This document shows, piece by piece, positions 59,810-64,000 of a stretch of 64,000 nt of DNA; within the stretch, counting starts at the first letter, position 1, and every line of letters starts with the position of its first letter. The notes beneath the pieces were generated by a model. That model searched no databases. It saw nothing but the letters and a program-made list of their open reading frames with translations, and was not told the origin of the DNA. Position numbers and translations under genes: made by a program. This stretch comes from Octopus sinensis (Eukaryota). The stretch is taken from positions 68,853-132,852 of the forward strand of contig NW_021832281.1 of assembly GCF_006345805.1 (NCBI RefSeq). Reading direction: 5' to 3'.

Positions 59810-60494
59810 GTATATGTATGTATATATGTGTTGTTGTTTTTGTCTCATTTGGTCTAAAGTCGTATGACAACCACCGTTATATATATTTTGTTTATTCATT
59901 ACTGTTTTCATTTCGTTTCGTCTCTTGTATTCACATCCGTATGTGCGTTCACATTCCTGTCTTCTACCAGAATCTAATGCTTACAGCTTAGTTTTTTTTC
60001 TTGGGGCTGGCCGAGTTGGAGCCAATATCAGAATTGAACAGGCCGAAATTTGCTATGATGATTCGGTGTCTGACTGAAGATTGAAGGCTTCGAATGATTT
60101 GTCTGTGTTCCGTGTCGTCCCTTCCTGTATTTCCGTTCATTATATATAAAACATTCATTCTTATATATATATATATATAGATATATATATTATATATATA
60201 TTATATATACGTATACATATATACATATTATATATACGTATACATTATATATACATATATATATATATACGTATACAGATATATAATATACATATACATA
60301 CATATATAATATATATATATATACATACATATATAATATATATTATATATATTAATATATATAACATACATATATATATATATATAATACATATTATATA
60401 TTATATACATACATATATATTATATATACATACATATATATATATATTATACATACATATATATATATATATATTTCCCTTTGGATTAAAATAT

Positions 60495-60566
<72 letters not shown>

Positions 60567-60677
60567 TATATGTATAAGTATATATATATATAATCTATAT
60601 ATATATATATATATATGTATTATATATATTGAAAGGAATCTGTTCCTCCTTTCTTATTTATATATATATATATATTT

Positions 60678-60708
<31 letters not shown>

Positions 60709-60896
60709 ATATATATATATATACACACACCATATACCCTGTATACACACATATACATACATATTCATGAGCATATATATATACATACATACATACACTT
60801 TCCTACATAAGCATACATATGTGTGTATAAATATATTGCATTAATTACATATACACACAAAGCCATCTATATTAATGTGTATACATACAAACATAC

Positions 60897-60927
<31 letters not shown>

Positions 60928-63478
60928 AACATACACTTTCATACATATTCATATATATTACGTTAAATATATAGACACACACATACACACATAAAACCAT
61001 CTATATTAACACATTTAATATCCAATTTCAAAAAACATCAAAGGTTTTATTAAATCAATTGAAAAATTATTATATTGTCTATAATTGAGTGTATATATAT
61101 GTGTATATATATGTATATGTATACGTGAGTGTGTATACTGTTTGTAGACTGTATATTTGTGTATAGTGTCAGTGTAATGTACACGTGTGTATGCATATGT
61201 GTGTGTGTGCATGAGTGTGTGTGCATGTGTGTGTGTATGACTATATGTACGTATGTACGTATATACTGTGTGTAAAACTTATTGGATGTGTAGTGTGTGT
61301 GTTATATACATATATATATATATATGCTTTTATGTGTGTATATATGTGTGTGTATGCATATGAGTGTGTGTGTGTGTGTTTGTATGTGTGTATGTGTAAT
61401 ATCATCATTATCATCACCACCACCACAATCATCATCATTATCATCATCTTCATCATCATCATCACCATCATTTAATGTCCATCTTCTGTGCTGGCACGGG
61501 TTGGACAGTTTGAGAGGGTGTGATGAGTTGGAGGACCGCATCATGATCCAATTGCCTGTTCTAGTATGATTTCTATAGATGGATGCCCTTTCTAATACCA
61601 TCATGGTTATTGAGAAGCTAAAGTGGGACCAGAGGGACAAGCCTAGGTGGTTTGTTAAAGAGGAGACACATTGTCACTCCACTTTGTAAATTTATTGTCC
61701 GTCATCATTATTTAATGTGCTTTTTTCTATGCTGGCATGGGTTGGACGGTTTGACGGTTTAATGCAAGGCGGCGAGCTGGCAGAAACATTAGCACGCCAG
61801 GCGAAAAGCGTAGCCGCATTTCGTCTGCTGTTACGTTGTGAGTTCAAATTCCGCCGAGGTCGACTTTGCCTTTCATCCTTTCGGGGTCGATAAATTAAGT
61901 ACCAGTTACGCACTGGGATCGATGTAATCGACTTAATACCTATGTCTGTCCTTGTTTGTTCCCTCTATGTTTAGCCCCTTGTGGGTAATAAAGAAAGAGG
62001 TTTGACAGGATCTGGTGAGATGCAGGGCTACATCATGCTCCATTGTCTGCTTTGGAAAAGCTTCTGTGGCTGGATTCCATTCGTGACACCAGCCTGGTGT
62101 CGAGAAGGAACTAGATGGACAAGCACAGGTGTTTTGCTGAAGAGGAGACACTTGGCTACCCGACATTTATTCTACTAGAAATAGCTGCCATATCTGAAAA
62201 TCATATTTTACTGTCTTCAAAAAGAGAAAGGCAAATTGGATAATGTAACCTGACATAAAACAAGAAATTGATAGTGTCAGTCATTGTTGGATTGGACTTT
62301 GATTAAGGGGCTATTCAATGAAGGGCTCAACTGGAGTTAAACAATGACAACTGATTTAGTTACATCCCCCTTATATCCTCTGAGATCAATAATGAAACAA
62401 GGTTACATCCCTTTATAAGCCTCTTCAGGGAATGATATATGAAGGCGGCAAGCTGGCAGAATTGTAGCGCCCGGGCGAAATGCTTAGCGGTATGTCATCT
62501 GCATTACGTTATGAGTTCAAATTCCGCCGAGGTCGACTTTGCCTTTCATCCTTTCGGGGTTGATAAATTAAGTGCCAGTTACGCACTGGGGTCGATGTAA
62601 TCGACTTAATCCGTTTGTCTATCCTTGTTTGTCCCCTCTATGTTTTTGGAAGCACTCCGTCGGTTACGATGACGAGGGTTCCGGTTGATTCCGATCAACA
62701 GAACAGCCTGCTCATGAAATTAACGTGTAAGTGGCTGAGCACTCCACAGACCTTGTACCCTTAACGTAGTTCTCGTGATATTCAGCGTGACACAGAGAGT
62801 GACAAGGCCGGCCCCTTTGAAATACAGGTACAACAAAAACAGGAATAAGAGTTGATAGAAAGTTGTGTGAAAGAGTACACAGCAGGGATCACCACCATCC
62901 CTGCCGGAGCCTCGTGGAGCTTTTACGTGTTTTCGCTCAATAAACACTCACAATGCCCGTCTGGGAATCGAACCAGCGATCCTACAACCGCGAGTCCACT
63001 GGGCCATTGCGCCTCCACTCCTCTATGTTTAGTTTAGCCCCTTGTGGGGAATAAAGAAACAGATATGTGAAAGTGAAAGTAAAACTGGGTATGATACAGA
63101 AAAGCACTCTACTGACCTCTAGTTGTTGCATTTCACACATTTAGTGTCGGTGACAGCGTGGTTAGATCTTGGCACCAGATCACAGCAGGTAGCTAAGCTG
63201 GGTGGACGTAAAAACACTAGCAGAGTTTGTTGCTCCACTTGGCATTTTCACTTGTGGAATTCCAACTGAAATATAAAAAGAAATTCTGATGAAGAACAAA
63301 TGGAAGAGACATAGTCTTTGGGAGAACTACATGAAGGTAACCTGCCCAGGAGAATGGTAACTCAGTACAAATTAAAACAGGGGTGAAGAGGGGGTCTGTA
63401 GTTTTGCCCACAGCCCCTCTAGTGTTTGGTAGTTGTTGCCTAGTCCTAGATAATCCCTAATAATCTGGGATGATTTAA

Positions 63479-63697
63479 CCCTTTAGCATTCAGACTTCTT
63501 TGTGAAATTTATTGCTTATTTAATTCATACTGTTTTGAATTAATCACATTATTTTGTGACTTCAAAATTTAAATGGTGTGGCTAAATATTTTTAAAATGA
63601 CATTGTAGGGTAGGTGTGAGAGGTTGGATCCAGACAGTTTTAACATAAAACAGGTGGAATATTTGGGCTGGATATGGCTGGATTAAATGCTAAAGGG
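63479..63697. mobile_element. piggyBac-type MITE
   Basis: TTAA|CCCTTTAGCATT...AATGCTAAAGGG|(CTAG). A related internal fragment lies at about 185-310. Confidence 0.75.
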
Positions 63698-64000
63698 CTA
63701 GAGATGTTGGAGACCTATGATGAAAGGATTTCCAGTTGTGACCATCCCATTTTTCTTGAATATTAGGAAAAGAACTCTACTGTCTAATATACCATTATCA
63801 TCATTTAAGGTCCCTTTTCCATGCTGATATGAGTTGGTTGGTTTGATGGTTTGACAGGAGCTGGCAAGGCCAGGGGTCTCATCTGGTTCTGTTGTTTCTT
63901 TTGATATGGTTTCTACAGCTGGTTGCTCTTTCTAGCACCAACCTCTTTACAGAGTATACTGGGTACTTTTTGCTGGCCAGCACCACCAGTGCCTTTTTGT

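Noticed and set aside
63217-63411. 'MGKTT...' ORF as the myristoylated NKD first exon
   Set aside because: It starts with GTG rather than ATG, shows no further NKD similarity and has no suitable donor. The NKD N-terminal exons were not found in 49308-64000.

Overview
Eukaryotic, AT-rich, repeat-dense DNA. The SINE, MITE and microsatellite landscape suggests an octopus genome (inference; no database search was possible). Two spliced protein-coding genes lie on the minus strand. (1) An SUV39H/Su(var)3-9 histone H3K9 methyltransferase with five coding exons (15845-15674, 6436-6357, 5435-4578, 2376-2224, 1278-1149). All intron phases are consistent, and the post-SET exon appears to lie left of the window. 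A compact CCAAT + CDE/CHR + E2F-like promoter sits at about 19.2-19.35 kb. (2) A naked cuticle (NKD) Wnt antagonist with three coding exons (49307-49206, 45809-45325, 43215-40728). These encode 1024 aa with very large homopolymer and Cys/His-rich expansions; the N-terminal exons were not found in the window. The rest is transposon-derived or simple repeat: at least four tRNA-derived SINE families, RTE, CR1 and Penelope-like fragments, a split mariner remnant, piggyBac-type and TA-flanked MITEs, several long palindromes, a Helentron-like (HINE) tandem array, and a 26-bp minisatellite derived from a retroelement 3' motif. The most unusual signals are: one SINE that recurs as 'one head + n bodies' with the same hairpin junction at six loci, the HINE array, Penelope-type hammerhead-like motifs in introns, a palindrome cluster at 26-30 kb, and the cell-cycle-type promoter. 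I did not find an unmistakable novel protein-coding system.
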